Source: Armatimonadota bacterium (lineage in GTDB: Bacteria > Armatimonadota > Armatimonadia > Armatimonadales > Armatimonadaceae). From it: a DNA stretch of 22,985 bases. The notes under the pieces are model-generated. The model was not told the origin of the DNA and made no database searches. It saw only the letters and a list, made by a program, of their open reading frames with translations. The translations under genes and the position numbers were made by a program. Shown piece by piece: positions 8,108-15,718 of the stretch. How positions within the stretch are numbered: position 1 is the stretch's first letter; each line of letters starts with the position of its first letter. The DNA lies in contig JAYUUO010000280.1 in NCBI GenBank assembly GCA_043754515.1, positions 1 to 22,985 of the forward strand. Reading direction: 5' to 3'.

Positions 8108-9013
8108 CTACGCCCCGATCCCTCTATTGAACAGCAGGAACGTCAGCAAGAAGTCCGCGATGAAAATCAGCACGATGGCGATAACCACGGAGCGCGTGGT
8201 GCTCTGCCCCACGCCGGTCGCGCCGCCCTCCGTCTCCAGCCCCTCGCGGCAACCAACCAGCGCGATAATCGCGCCGAAGAAAACGGTCTTCAGTAACCCC
8301 TTCGTGATGTCGGAGCCGTCCGGCTCCATCAGTTGTTGCACCGAGTTTAAATACTCCGACGACGAAACGCCCTTGCTAGCGGCGACGATCGCCCCGCCAA
8401 GCACTCCCGCCGCGTCCCCGAAAAGCGTAATCAGCGGGAGCATCAGTAATGCCGCGATTAGGCGCGGCTTGACCAAATACTCCACCGGCGTGATCGCCAT
8501 CGAGCGCAGGGCGTCAATCTGCTCCGACACCTTCATCGAGCCGATCTCGGCGGTGATCGCGGACCCCGCGCGGGCAGCGATAGCGACGCCGGTCAGGATC
8601 GGGCCGGTCTCGCGCACGATGGACAGCGCGACCACGCCGCCCACGAGTCCCGCCGCGCCGTAGGTCGTCAGCGTGTTGACCGTGTACAGCGCGAGAACCG
8701 CCCCCGAAAAACCGATAGTCAGGAGCGCGAGCGGGAGCGACTCGACCCCGATCACCGCCATCTGCCGGAACAGGTCGCCCGGATTCACGCCGCGCCGGAA
8801 CAGGGAGCGTGCCGCCTGACCAAAAAGCACCACCACCTCGCCGAAATAAACGATAACAGCGGTGATGGTACCAACCACGACGTGAACTCCGAACTGCCTG
8901 GCCTCCTCGAAAACCTCCACCACCTCGCCGACGAGCGGGTCGGGGGCGTGGCCGCTCGCGGGGGCGGGAGGCTTGGGGGTTTCGGAGACTTTCTCGGCGG
9001 GTGCGTCGGGCAT
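8108..9013 (-). CDS. mlaE: MlaE-family ABC transporter permease
   Basis: VRETGPILTGVAIAARAGSAITAEIGSMKVSEQIDALRSMAITPVEYLVKPR and GGATGVGQSTTRSVV are MlaE hallmark motifs. Confidence 0.95.
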   Translation of the reverse strand: MPDAPAEKVSETPKPPAPASGHAPDPLVGEVVEVFEEARQFGVHVVVGTITAVIVYFGEVVVLFGQAARSLFRRGVNPGDLFRQMAVIGVESLPLALLTIGFSGAVLALYTVNTLTTYGAAGLVGGVVALSIVRETGPILTGVAIAARAGSAITAEIGSMKVSEQIDALRSMAITPVEYLVKPRLIAALLMLPLITLFGDAAGVLGGAIVAASKGVSSSEYLNSVQQLMEPDGSDITKGLLKTVFFGAIIALVGCREGLETEGGATGVGQSTTRSVVIAIVLIFIADFLLTFLLFNRGIGA

Positions 9014-9023
9014 CAGGTTGGTT

Positions 9024-9932
9024 CTACTGGATTGGCGTGCCGGTCGAGGCGGTCAACTCACGGAACGCGGCGATCAGTCGGCGGGTAACGTCACCCGGCT
9101 TGCCGGTGCCGATGGTTCGGCGGTCGAGTTCCACCGCCGGTATAATCTCCGCCGCAGTTCCGGTCAGGAAGCACTCGTCCGCCGTATACAGGTCGTACAG
9201 CGTCAGGGTCTCCTCGCGTACCGGGACACCCTGTTTAGTCAAAAGTTCCATCGCCGCGCCACGTGTCACGCCTTTGAGACAACCGGCGGACGGCGGGGGC
9301 GTCATTACGTTACCGTCCTTGACGATAAACAGGTTGTCGCCAGTCGCCTCCGCGACGCTCCCCGCCTGATTAAGCATCACGCCCTCGCCCGCACCGACCC
9401 GGTTCGCCTCCATCTTCGCCAGAATGTTGTTGATGTACTTGCCGGTGCATTTGATGCGCGGGTCAATCGCGTCCGGGGACGGCACTCGCGTCGAACACGT
9501 GATCATCGTCAAACCGTTCTCATAGAGCGCGGAACCATACAGTGAAAGTTGCGACGTGTTCATCACGAGGCGCGGCATGGTGTTGATGTGCGACGGGTCC
9601 AGCCCGAGTCCCGTGCCGCGCGACAGCGTGACGCGGATGTAGCCGTCGGCGTGCTCGTTGCGGCGGCAGAGTTCGAGCAGGGACGCCGTGATGTTAGATA
9701 CGCTTAAGTCGCCTAACTCGAAGCCGAGGGCGCGGGCGGAGAACAGCAGGCGGTTCAGGTGCGGTTCGAGGCGGAAGGCACGACCGTTATAGACGCGGAC
9801 GCCCTCGAAAACGCCGTCGCCGTACAGGTAGCCGTGGTCGAAGAGGGGGATCGTCGCCGTTTCTTTCGGCAGGAACTCGCCGTCGCTCGCGGAAACGCCG
9901 TTTCCGCCCATGTACACCATCTGAAGTGCCAT
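9024..9932 (-). CDS. ilvE: Branched-chain amino acid aminotransferase (PLP fold type IV)
   Basis: FDHGYLYGDGVFEGVRVY, HLNRL, PLP-lysine region RIKCTGKY, EATGDNLF, LKGVTR, ADECFLTGTAAEIIP. Start placed at ATG 9932 (MALQMVY), 302 aa. Confidence 0.93.
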   Translation of the reverse strand: MALQMVYMGGNGVSASDGEFLPKETATIPLFDHGYLYGDGVFEGVRVYNGRAFRLEPHLNRLLFSARALGFELGDLSVSNITASLLELCRRNEHADGYIRVTLSRGTGLGLDPSHINTMPRLVMNTSQLSLYGSALYENGLTMITCSTRVPSPDAIDPRIKCTGKYINNILAKMEANRVGAGEGVMLNQAGSVAEATGDNLFIVKDGNVMTPPPSAGCLKGVTRGAAMELLTKQGVPVREETLTLYDLYTADECFLTGTAAEIIPAVELDRRTIGTGKPGDVTRRLIAAFRELTASTGTPIQ

Positions 9933-10000
9933 CGCTTGAACTCTTTCGTAACGCGTCGCCGGTTCCGGGTGTGAGCGGGAACGCGGCGCGGATTTTTCCG

Positions 10001-10009
10001 ATTGTACCA
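10001..10009 (-). promoter_or_regulatory. Putative extended -10 promoter (TGG-TACAAT) for the ilvE-mlaEFD-rplI run
   Basis: TGnTACAAT on the minus strand, 68 nt upstream of the ilvE start. Confidence 0.5.
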
Positions 10010-10100
10010 CGGGGTGCCTGTTGTTTTGGCGGGCGAGGCGGGCATTTAGGGTGTGGGTTATGGTGGCGCGTCGGGTCATGTAGGTGCCATGGGGCAGCGT

Positions 10101-10144
10101 GAGCGGGCGGCGGGTCGGTGGGAGCGGGTGGCGGCGGGTCGGTG
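10101..10144 (+). repeat. G-rich imperfect tandem duplication upstream of hemB
   Basis: GAGCGGGCGGCGGGTCGGTG (10101-10120) and GAGCGGGTGGCGGCGGGTCGGTG (10122-10144). Confidence 0.7.
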
Positions 10145-10179
10145 AACCCCACCCATCCCGAACGCGATAAAATACCCAC

Positions 10180-11175
10180 ATGAATCCGAACCCGTTCTTG
10201 ATCCGCCCGCGCCGACTGCGCGGCTCCGCCGCGCTCCGCTCTCTCGTCCGCGAAACCACCCTTGACGCGGGCGATCTTGTCTACCCCCTGTTCGTTCGGA
10301 ACGGCACCGGGATTAAATCGCCGATCGCGTCACTACCCGGACAGTTCCACTTCTCGCCCGACGAACTGACGCGTGAGTGCGAGGCCGCCATGCGTGACGG
10401 CGTCCGCGCCGTGTTGCTGTTCGGCATCCCGGACGCGAAAGATCCGGAGGGATCGGAGGCGTGGAGTATGCGCGGCGCGGTGCAGACCACCGTTCGCGCC
10501 CTGAAGCGCGAACTGCCCGAACTGCTCGTCATAACCGACGTTTGCCTTTGCGAGTACACGGATCACGGGCACTGCGGCGTAATTGACGCGGGCCGGACCC
10601 GCGTGCTAAACGATCCCACGTTGCCGCTTCTGTCCCGCGCCGCCGTATCGCACGCGGACGCGGGTGCCGATATAGTCGCGCCGTCGGACATGATGGACGG
10701 GCGCGTCGGCGCGATCCGCGCCGCGCTCGACGCGGGAGGGTTTGACGAGACTCCCATTCTGTCGTACGCCGCGAAGTACGCCTCCGCGTTCTACGGGCCG
10801 TTTCGAGACGCGGTGGGATCCGCCCCCAGTTTCGGTGACCGCCGCTCGTACCAGATGGACACCGGGAACCGGCGTGAAGCACTGCGCGAGGTGCTACTCG
10901 ACATTGAGGAGGGCGCGGACATGGTGATGGTAAAGCCCGCACTCGCCTACCTCGACGTCATCCGCGAGGTGCGCGACGCCGTGCAAGTGCCGGTGGCAAC
11001 ATACAACGTGTCGGGCGAGTACGCAATGGTCAAGGTCGCCGCTGAGCGTGGTCTGCTCGATGAGAAGCGAACGGTGCTCGAACTGCTCACCAGCATGAAA
11101 CGCGCGGGGGCGGATATTATCCTGACGTACCACGCGCGGGAGGCGGCGCGGTGGCTCGCGGAGGAGGCTCGCTAA
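10180..11175 (+). CDS. hemB: Porphobilinogen synthase (delta-aminolevulinic acid dehydratase), Zn-binding type
   Basis: [20 protein letters not shown] (three Zn-binding Cys), [37 protein letters not shown]. Confidence 0.98.
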   Translation: MNPNPFLIRPRRLRGSAALRSLVRETTLDAGDLVYPLFVRNGTGIKSPIASLPGQFHFSPDELTRECEAAMRDGVRAVLLFGIPDAKDPEGSEAWSMRGAVQTTVRALKRELPELLVITDVCLCEYTDHGHCGVIDAGRTRVLNDPTLPLLSRAAVSHADAGADIVAPSDMMDGRVGAIRAALDAGGFDETPILSYAAKYASAFYGPFRDAVGSAPSFGDRRSYQMDTGNRREALREVLLDIEEGADMVMVKPALAYLDVIREVRDAVQVPVATYNVSGEYAMVKVAAERGLLDEKRTVLELLTSMKRAGADIILTYHAREAARWLAEEAR

Positions 11176-11822
11176 AGGTCATCGTGTACTGCCTGCTGGT
11201 AGTCCTCGAAATATTCGTCCAGCCAGGCAACGCGCTTTGCTTTGTCCGGCATGAGTCGGAGTTCGTTCCAGATCCTGAGACGCCAGCCGAGATCAAGGAA
11301 GTCGGATTCCACGGCGAACTCTTCGCCGCTGATGTCTCCCCCGTCAAAGTAACGCTGGTAGTCCTCGCATTCCGAGATGTAGACCTGGGCCATGTGGTAC
11401 GACTCGCGTTGTAGCTGTTGCCGCTTCCGCCTGGTACGCGGGTGTATTTGGTGCTTGAAACTCGCGAATATATGACGGGCGATCCGCTTCCCGTATGCCC
11501 GCATCTCTGCCGTAGTCGGAAAATGGCCGAGCCACCCACTCAGTTCGGCGAGTGCTTTGCGGGTTCGCTCGTATGTTCGCCGGCGCCAATATATTTCCGA
11601 GCCATAGCATCGCCAGAGTCCCGTTCGCTCCTCGAACGTCAACACTGGTTTCGCATTATAAAGGTAATCAGCGAGCCAGTCGAGGTAAGGCCAGTAGTTT
11701 TCAACGGTGTCTTCGCGGTACAGAATGTTTCCGCTCTCGTCGCGGGGTAACTCATTCAGCCGGAAGAATCGCTCGCGCCGCCACGTGTGCGCGGGGGCGA
11801 GTGCTGTGTTTCGTTTTCCCAT
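11172..11822 (-). CDS. Hypothetical protein (basic, aromatic-rich)
   Basis: 216-aa ORF with globular composition filling the gap between hemB and the next gene. Its stop overlaps the hemB stop by 4 nt, and TACAAT (11834-11839, minus) lies 11 nt upstream of the ATG. Confidence 0.7.
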   Translation of the reverse strand: MGKRNTALAPAHTWRRERFFRLNELPRDESGNILYREDTVENYWPYLDWLADYLYNAKPVLTFEERTGLWRCYGSEIYWRRRTYERTRKALAELSGWLGHFPTTAEMRAYGKRIARHIFASFKHQIHPRTRRKRQQLQRESYHMAQVYISECEDYQRYFDGGDISGEEFAVESDFLDLGWRLRIWNELRLMPDKAKRVAWLDEYFEDYQQAVHDDL

Positions 11823-11833
11823 GATGTTCGCTT

Positions 11834-11894
11834 ATTGTACAGGAAGCGGCGGAAGTCTTCGGAACGACGGCCACCACAGATCGCGCGGTACAAT
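11834..11894. promoter_or_regulatory. Divergent promoter pair: TACAAT on minus (11834-11839) and on plus (11889-11894)
   Basis: Two back-to-back TACAAT hexamers in the short intergenic region between divergent genes. Confidence 0.5.
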
Positions 11895-11944
11895 CACTAT
11901 GCCCCCTGGATGCGCATACATCGGAGGGGATGAGGAGTATGTCC

Positions 11945-13270
11945 ATGAACCGAACTATTTCAACCTTGATCGGGTTGCTCGTCTGCGCCCCGTTCGCAGG
12001 AGTGGCACCCGCACACGCGACCCCGCCCACCCCCTTGATCGAGACCCTCGCTCCGAAGATTGACCCGGCGGCGATGGCGATACTCAAAAAGTCGGCCGAC
12101 AGGATGTTTGCGCTGAAGACGTTCCGTGCTGACTGTTATGAGATGGTAGCTCGCCAGGTCACTGAGGAATTCAAACCCGGCGCGAGTCAATACGCTCTGT
12201 CCACTCTTATCGCCGCGAAACCTAACCTGATGCGTTACGACCACTGGAGCGTGATCGTGCCGCGAGATGCGACGGAATACAAGGAGTGGAAGCGAAAGTC
12301 GGCGACGCCTGAAATATCATTTGTCAGCAACGGCAAAGTTCACACCCTGCAATTCGGTCGCACATATAGGAGGAGCGGTGACATTGAGCCGAAATACCTA
12401 CATACCACATTAGAACCATGGGGCGGGTTCTACACCCGTGATAGCAGTCCTTTTTCCATGGTCGGATACAGTCAGAAAACCAAAGGGCTTCTCGAAGTCC
12501 GCATGGATGAGACGCAAACCGTGGACGGCGTGCCGTGCGACGTGGTGAGCTACCACACGACCTCCAAGTATCAGGGGGAAGTCGTGGATTATCAGACTAA
12601 GCTCTTTATCGGGCGTGACGGCATCGTTTGCCGAAAAGTCGAGACCGTCGGATTCGGCGGTAAACCCGGTGCCACCCGCGACGCCGTTATCCGTAATATT
12701 GTCTTAGACGTGCCGATCAAAACGCCTAGGACAAGTTTCGCCTACACGCCCCCTGAGGGCGTGGAGAGTGAAGCGAAGCGTAAGGCAGAGCAACCTGCTC
12801 TTCTCGCGAATGGCACGCCCGCGCCCGATTTCTCGGCGACCGACCCGGACGGCAAACCGGTGAAACTCTCCGATCTACTTGGCAAGGTCGTGGTCGTAGA
12901 CTTCTGGGCGAGTTGGTGCGGGCCGTGCGTCGCCTCCATGCCCCACAACCAGAAAGTGGTCGCGAAGTTACAGGCGGAAGGAGTGCCGGTCGTGCTCCTC
13001 GCGGTGGATAATGCCGAGGAGCGAGACGCCTTTTCTGCCTGGGTCAAGGCACACCCGGAGTTGTCCTCCCTGCGCTTCGCGCACGCTGACCGCAAAGCCA
13101 ATGACATCTCCAGAAAACTGTATCAGGTGTCCGGAATCCCCACGCAGTACATAATTGACGCGGGGGGTGTGATCCACTCCTCGTCCGTCGGCTTCGATGG
13201 CGAGACGGACGCGATGGAGAAGGCAATCCGCGCCGCGCTTGCCGCGAAGGGCGATATACTCCCGAAGTAA
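11945..13270 (+). CDS. Exported LolA-like/DUF2092-type domain fused to a C-terminal TlpA-family thiol-disulfide oxidoreductase
   Basis: Signal peptide ending ...APAHA; beta-rich N-domain ending FAYTPPEG; then GTPAPDFS, GKVVVVDFWASWCGPCVASMP, YQVSGIPTQYIID. Start chosen for SD GAGGAG at 11932-11937 (alternatives 11930, 11939). Confidence 0.85.
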   Translation: MNRTISTLIGLLVCAPFAGVAPAHATPPTPLIETLAPKIDPAAMAILKKSADRMFALKTFRADCYEMVARQVTEEFKPGASQYALSTLIAAKPNLMRYDHWSVIVPRDATEYKEWKRKSATPEISFVSNGKVHTLQFGRTYRRSGDIEPKYLHTTLEPWGGFYTRDSSPFSMVGYSQKTKGLLEVRMDETQTVDGVPCDVVSYHTTSKYQGEVVDYQTKLFIGRDGIVCRKVETVGFGGKPGATRDAVIRNIVLDVPIKTPRTSFAYTPPEGVESEAKRKAEQPALLANGTPAPDFSATDPDGKPVKLSDLLGKVVVVDFWASWCGPCVASMPHNQKVVAKLQAEGVPVVLLAVDNAEERDAFSAWVKAHPELSSLRFAHADRKANDISRKLYQVSGIPTQYIIDAGGVIHSSSVGFDGETDAMEKAIRAALAAKGDILPK

Positions 13271-13282
13271 GAGGGTTTATAA

Positions 13283-13909
13283 ATGGCGCGTCGCCTGTTC
13301 ACGTTGCCGAAGTTCGTCGGCGGCTTCGACGACTACTTCGAGTTCAATGCCGAATCGGACACGGTGCTCGCCGCGCTCGGCTACGGGTTCGCGCGCGGCG
13401 AACTGAAACTGCCGCGAACCGCCTCCGTCACGACCGAAATCTCCGCCTCGCTCCGCAAGCGCATCGGCGATGCGCTCCGCGTAGTTTCGATGACTTCGGA
13501 GACGGCGCGGCGTGAGTTCCTGCTAGCTCCGCTGATGCTCGAAGTCGCGCTCGTCACGAAAGCACGGCTACACTCGGAGTTCCCCGTCGAGATCTCGCCG
13601 CTTCTACACGGCAACTTCGACTTCTTTCTGGAAAAAGAAAACGCCGTGGTGATCGTGGAGGCGAAACACGCCGACATGACGCGCGGCTTCACGCAACTTT
13701 GCGCACAGATGGTTGCGGCGGACGCGTTCGCGGAGGACAACGCGACGGCGGTTTACGGCGCGGTCTCGCTGAGCAACATCTGGCAGTTCGCGATCCTCGA
13801 CCGGGCGTCGAAAATGGTGACGCAGGACATCGCTCTGTTCCGCGTCCCCGCTGACCTCGACGATCTGCTCTCGGTGCTGATCGGCATCCTCAACGGCGAA
13901 CCGGCGTGA
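13283..13909 (+). CDS. Hypothetical protein with a PD-(D/E)XK restriction-endonuclease-like motif (HsdR-N-like)
   Basis: SETARREFLLAP...SEFPV...GNFDFFL...VVIVEAKH...GFTQLCAQM gives an E...D...EAK...Q arrangement. SD GAGGG upstream. Confidence 0.7.
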   Translation: MARRLFTLPKFVGGFDDYFEFNAESDTVLAALGYGFARGELKLPRTASVTTEISASLRKRIGDALRVVSMTSETARREFLLAPLMLEVALVTKARLHSEFPVEISPLLHGNFDFFLEKENAVVIVEAKHADMTRGFTQLCAQMVAADAFAEDNATAVYGAVSLSNIWQFAILDRASKMVTQDIALFRVPADLDDLLSVLIGILNGEPA

Positions 13910-13935
13910 CACCGACCAACCGTCTTAACGCTTGG

Positions 13936-15036
13936 CTACGTCGGCGCGGTCCAGTTTTTGGGGAAGAACGTGCGCAGGAAGACCTCGCTCGCGTACCGAT
14001 CCGTCATCCCCGCGATGTAGTCGCAGACGGCGCAGGCGCGGGTCGCGGCGTCCATCTCGCGCGTCGCGCGGCCCTTCGGTATCCGTTCCGGCTCCGCCAT
14101 ATACAGGCGGAACAGTCGCCGGAGCAGATCGCCCGCTTTCGCAAGTTCCTCCTTCGCCGCGTTGCGCCGCGTGTATACGTTCTCGAACAGGAAGTCTTTG
14201 AGACGGTTAGTCGCGCCTAAAACCGGCTCGCTCATCGAAACGAACGGCTGGTCGAGCGACGTCTCGATCACGTTCGTGACCATGCGCGTGATCCGCTCGC
14301 CGTGCGTGCGCCCGAGCAGTTCCAGCGTCTCGCGCGGCAGGGACCCGGGCGTCAGCATCCCGGCACGAACCGCGTCGTCAATGTCGTGGTTGACGTAGGC
14401 GATCCTGTCGCAGATGCGCACCACCGTGGCTTCGAGTGGCACAGTACCCTCCGCGGATGAGTCGCCGTCATGGGGGGAAGGGGCGGAGTACACAGGGGCG
14501 GAGGTCACCGCGAACAAGTCGCCGCGCCCTTTGCTGTGCCCCGCGATCCCGACGCGCGTCTCGTGTGTCAGGTTTAACCCGTCTCCCTGATTTTCGAGGA
14601 CGTCAACGACGCGGAGCGACTGCTCGTAGTGGCGAAACCGCTCGCCGGGCACGTACTCTTGTACCACGGCATCAAGTGCTTCCTCGCCTTCGTGCCCGAA
14701 CGGCGGGTGGCCCAGGTCATGCGCGAGGGCGATGGCCTCGGTCAGATCCTCGTTCAAACGCAGGGCGCGTGCCACGGTGCGCGAGATCTGCGCGACTTCG
14801 AGCGTGTGTGTCAGGCGGGTGCGGTAATGATCCTCGTCGGGGTCGAGGAATACCTGAGTTTTGTGCTTTAATCGGCGGAACGCTTTGGAGTGTAGCACGC
14901 GATCGCGGTCGCGCTGGAACGCCGTGCGCACCGGGTCCGGCTCCTCCGGCCGTGCGCGCCCCCGTGAATGCGCTGCCTGCGCCGCATATGGTGATAGTTG
15001 CGCCTCCCCCTGCTCCGTCCGCTCGCGAATCGTCAT
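13936..15036 (-). CDS. dgt: Deoxyguanosinetriphosphate triphosphohydrolase (HD superfamily)
   Basis: RTAFQRDRDRVLHSKAFRRLKHKTQVF, RTRLTHTLEV, HDLGHPPFGHEGE, DRIAYVNHDIDD, DYIAGMTDRYA. Start 15036 is preferred: SD AAAGGTGA, and the ATG at 15066 overlaps a TACAAT hexamer at 15065-15070. Confidence 0.96.
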   Translation of the reverse strand: MTIRERTEQGEAQLSPYAAQAAHSRGRARPEEPDPVRTAFQRDRDRVLHSKAFRRLKHKTQVFLDPDEDHYRTRLTHTLEVAQISRTVARALRLNEDLTEAIALAHDLGHPPFGHEGEEALDAVVQEYVPGERFRHYEQSLRVVDVLENQGDGLNLTHETRVGIAGHSKGRGDLFAVTSAPVYSAPSPHDGDSSAEGTVPLEATVVRICDRIAYVNHDIDDAVRAGMLTPGSLPRETLELLGRTHGERITRMVTNVIETSLDQPFVSMSEPVLGATNRLKDFLFENVYTRRNAAKEELAKAGDLLRRLFRLYMAEPERIPKGRATREMDAATRACAVCDYIAGMTDRYASEVFLRTFFPKNWTAPT

Positions 15037-15283
15037 GCGTTCACCTTTGTCCCCGTCCTGGGTCATTGTACCCAGTCATGGCGACCCGGTGATGCCAGCT
15101 GAGCGTGCTTCGCGGACTCAGGTTCGTTCAGGGGGCACATGTTTCGTCAACTATTCGGCAGGGAGGATGTACCGCTCGTGAGAAACAGTTCGGTGCGTCT
15201 CACATACGAGATTTTAGACCGTCTCGAAGACCGCGAACCAGATCTTTGCGTGCGGTTCATGTGACGGTTACGGATCCGAACCG

Positions 15284-15577
15284 TTAGCGGCTCGCCGACG
15301 CCTCGCGCCGCTCCCGCTTCCGCGTCATGTGCAGGTACATCCCCTCGACGCGCGTACGCGCCCACGGTGTTTTGCGCAGGAACTTCAGCGACGACGAGAT
15401 GCTCGGGTCGCTGGTGAAGCAGCGGATCGGCAGACTGCCGCCCATCTCCTCCCAGCCGAGTTGCGCCACGAGTTCGGTCAGCATCTGCTCCAGAGTGATG
15501 CCGTGGAGCGGATCGCGCGACGTGACTTCGGGCGCGGGAGACGCGGGCGGTGTTTGCGGCGGGATCAGCGTGGACAT
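15284..15577 (-). CDS. VF530 / DUF2132 family small putative DNA-binding protein
   Basis: [24 protein letters not shown]...[32 protein letters not shown] matches the family signature. Confidence 0.92.
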   Translation of the reverse strand: MSTLIPPQTPPASPAPEVTSRDPLHGITLEQMLTELVAQLGWEEMGGSLPIRCFTSDPSISSSLKFLRKTPWARTRVEGMYLHMTRKRERREASASR

Positions 15578-15718
15578 GATTACTGCTCTTTGTATATCCG
15601 CTACCCGCGCCGTAGTCAACGCCCGCCGCGTACAACTTTCGCCCCCTTCCCTTTACATCGCCTACCGCAACGGATATACTGCCGCATAATAAACGCGGCA
15701 CGGAGGGCGGCTCGTGTG

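Noticed and set aside
9933..10259. 109-aa N-terminal extension of IlvE overlapping hemB
   Set aside because: Low-complexity, overlaps the divergent hemB start and spans the promoter region. Aminotransferase similarity begins at Met 9932.
13936..15036. Anti-phage dGTPase defence system
   Set aside because: It looks like the ordinary ~370-aa housekeeping Dgt in a core-gene context; nothing in the sequence specifically supports a defence role.
15190..15262. c-di-GMP-I (GEMM) riboswitch, suggested by minus-strand CGCAAAG and CGGTCTAA words
   Set aside because: The P1 GGCAAAC...GAAA architecture and spacing are absent, so the match is only to isolated words.
15329..15718. 130-aa N-terminal extension of MurA
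   Set aside because: It is antisense to the well-supported VF530 gene, and an SD plus ATG at 15719 gives a normal-length MurA.
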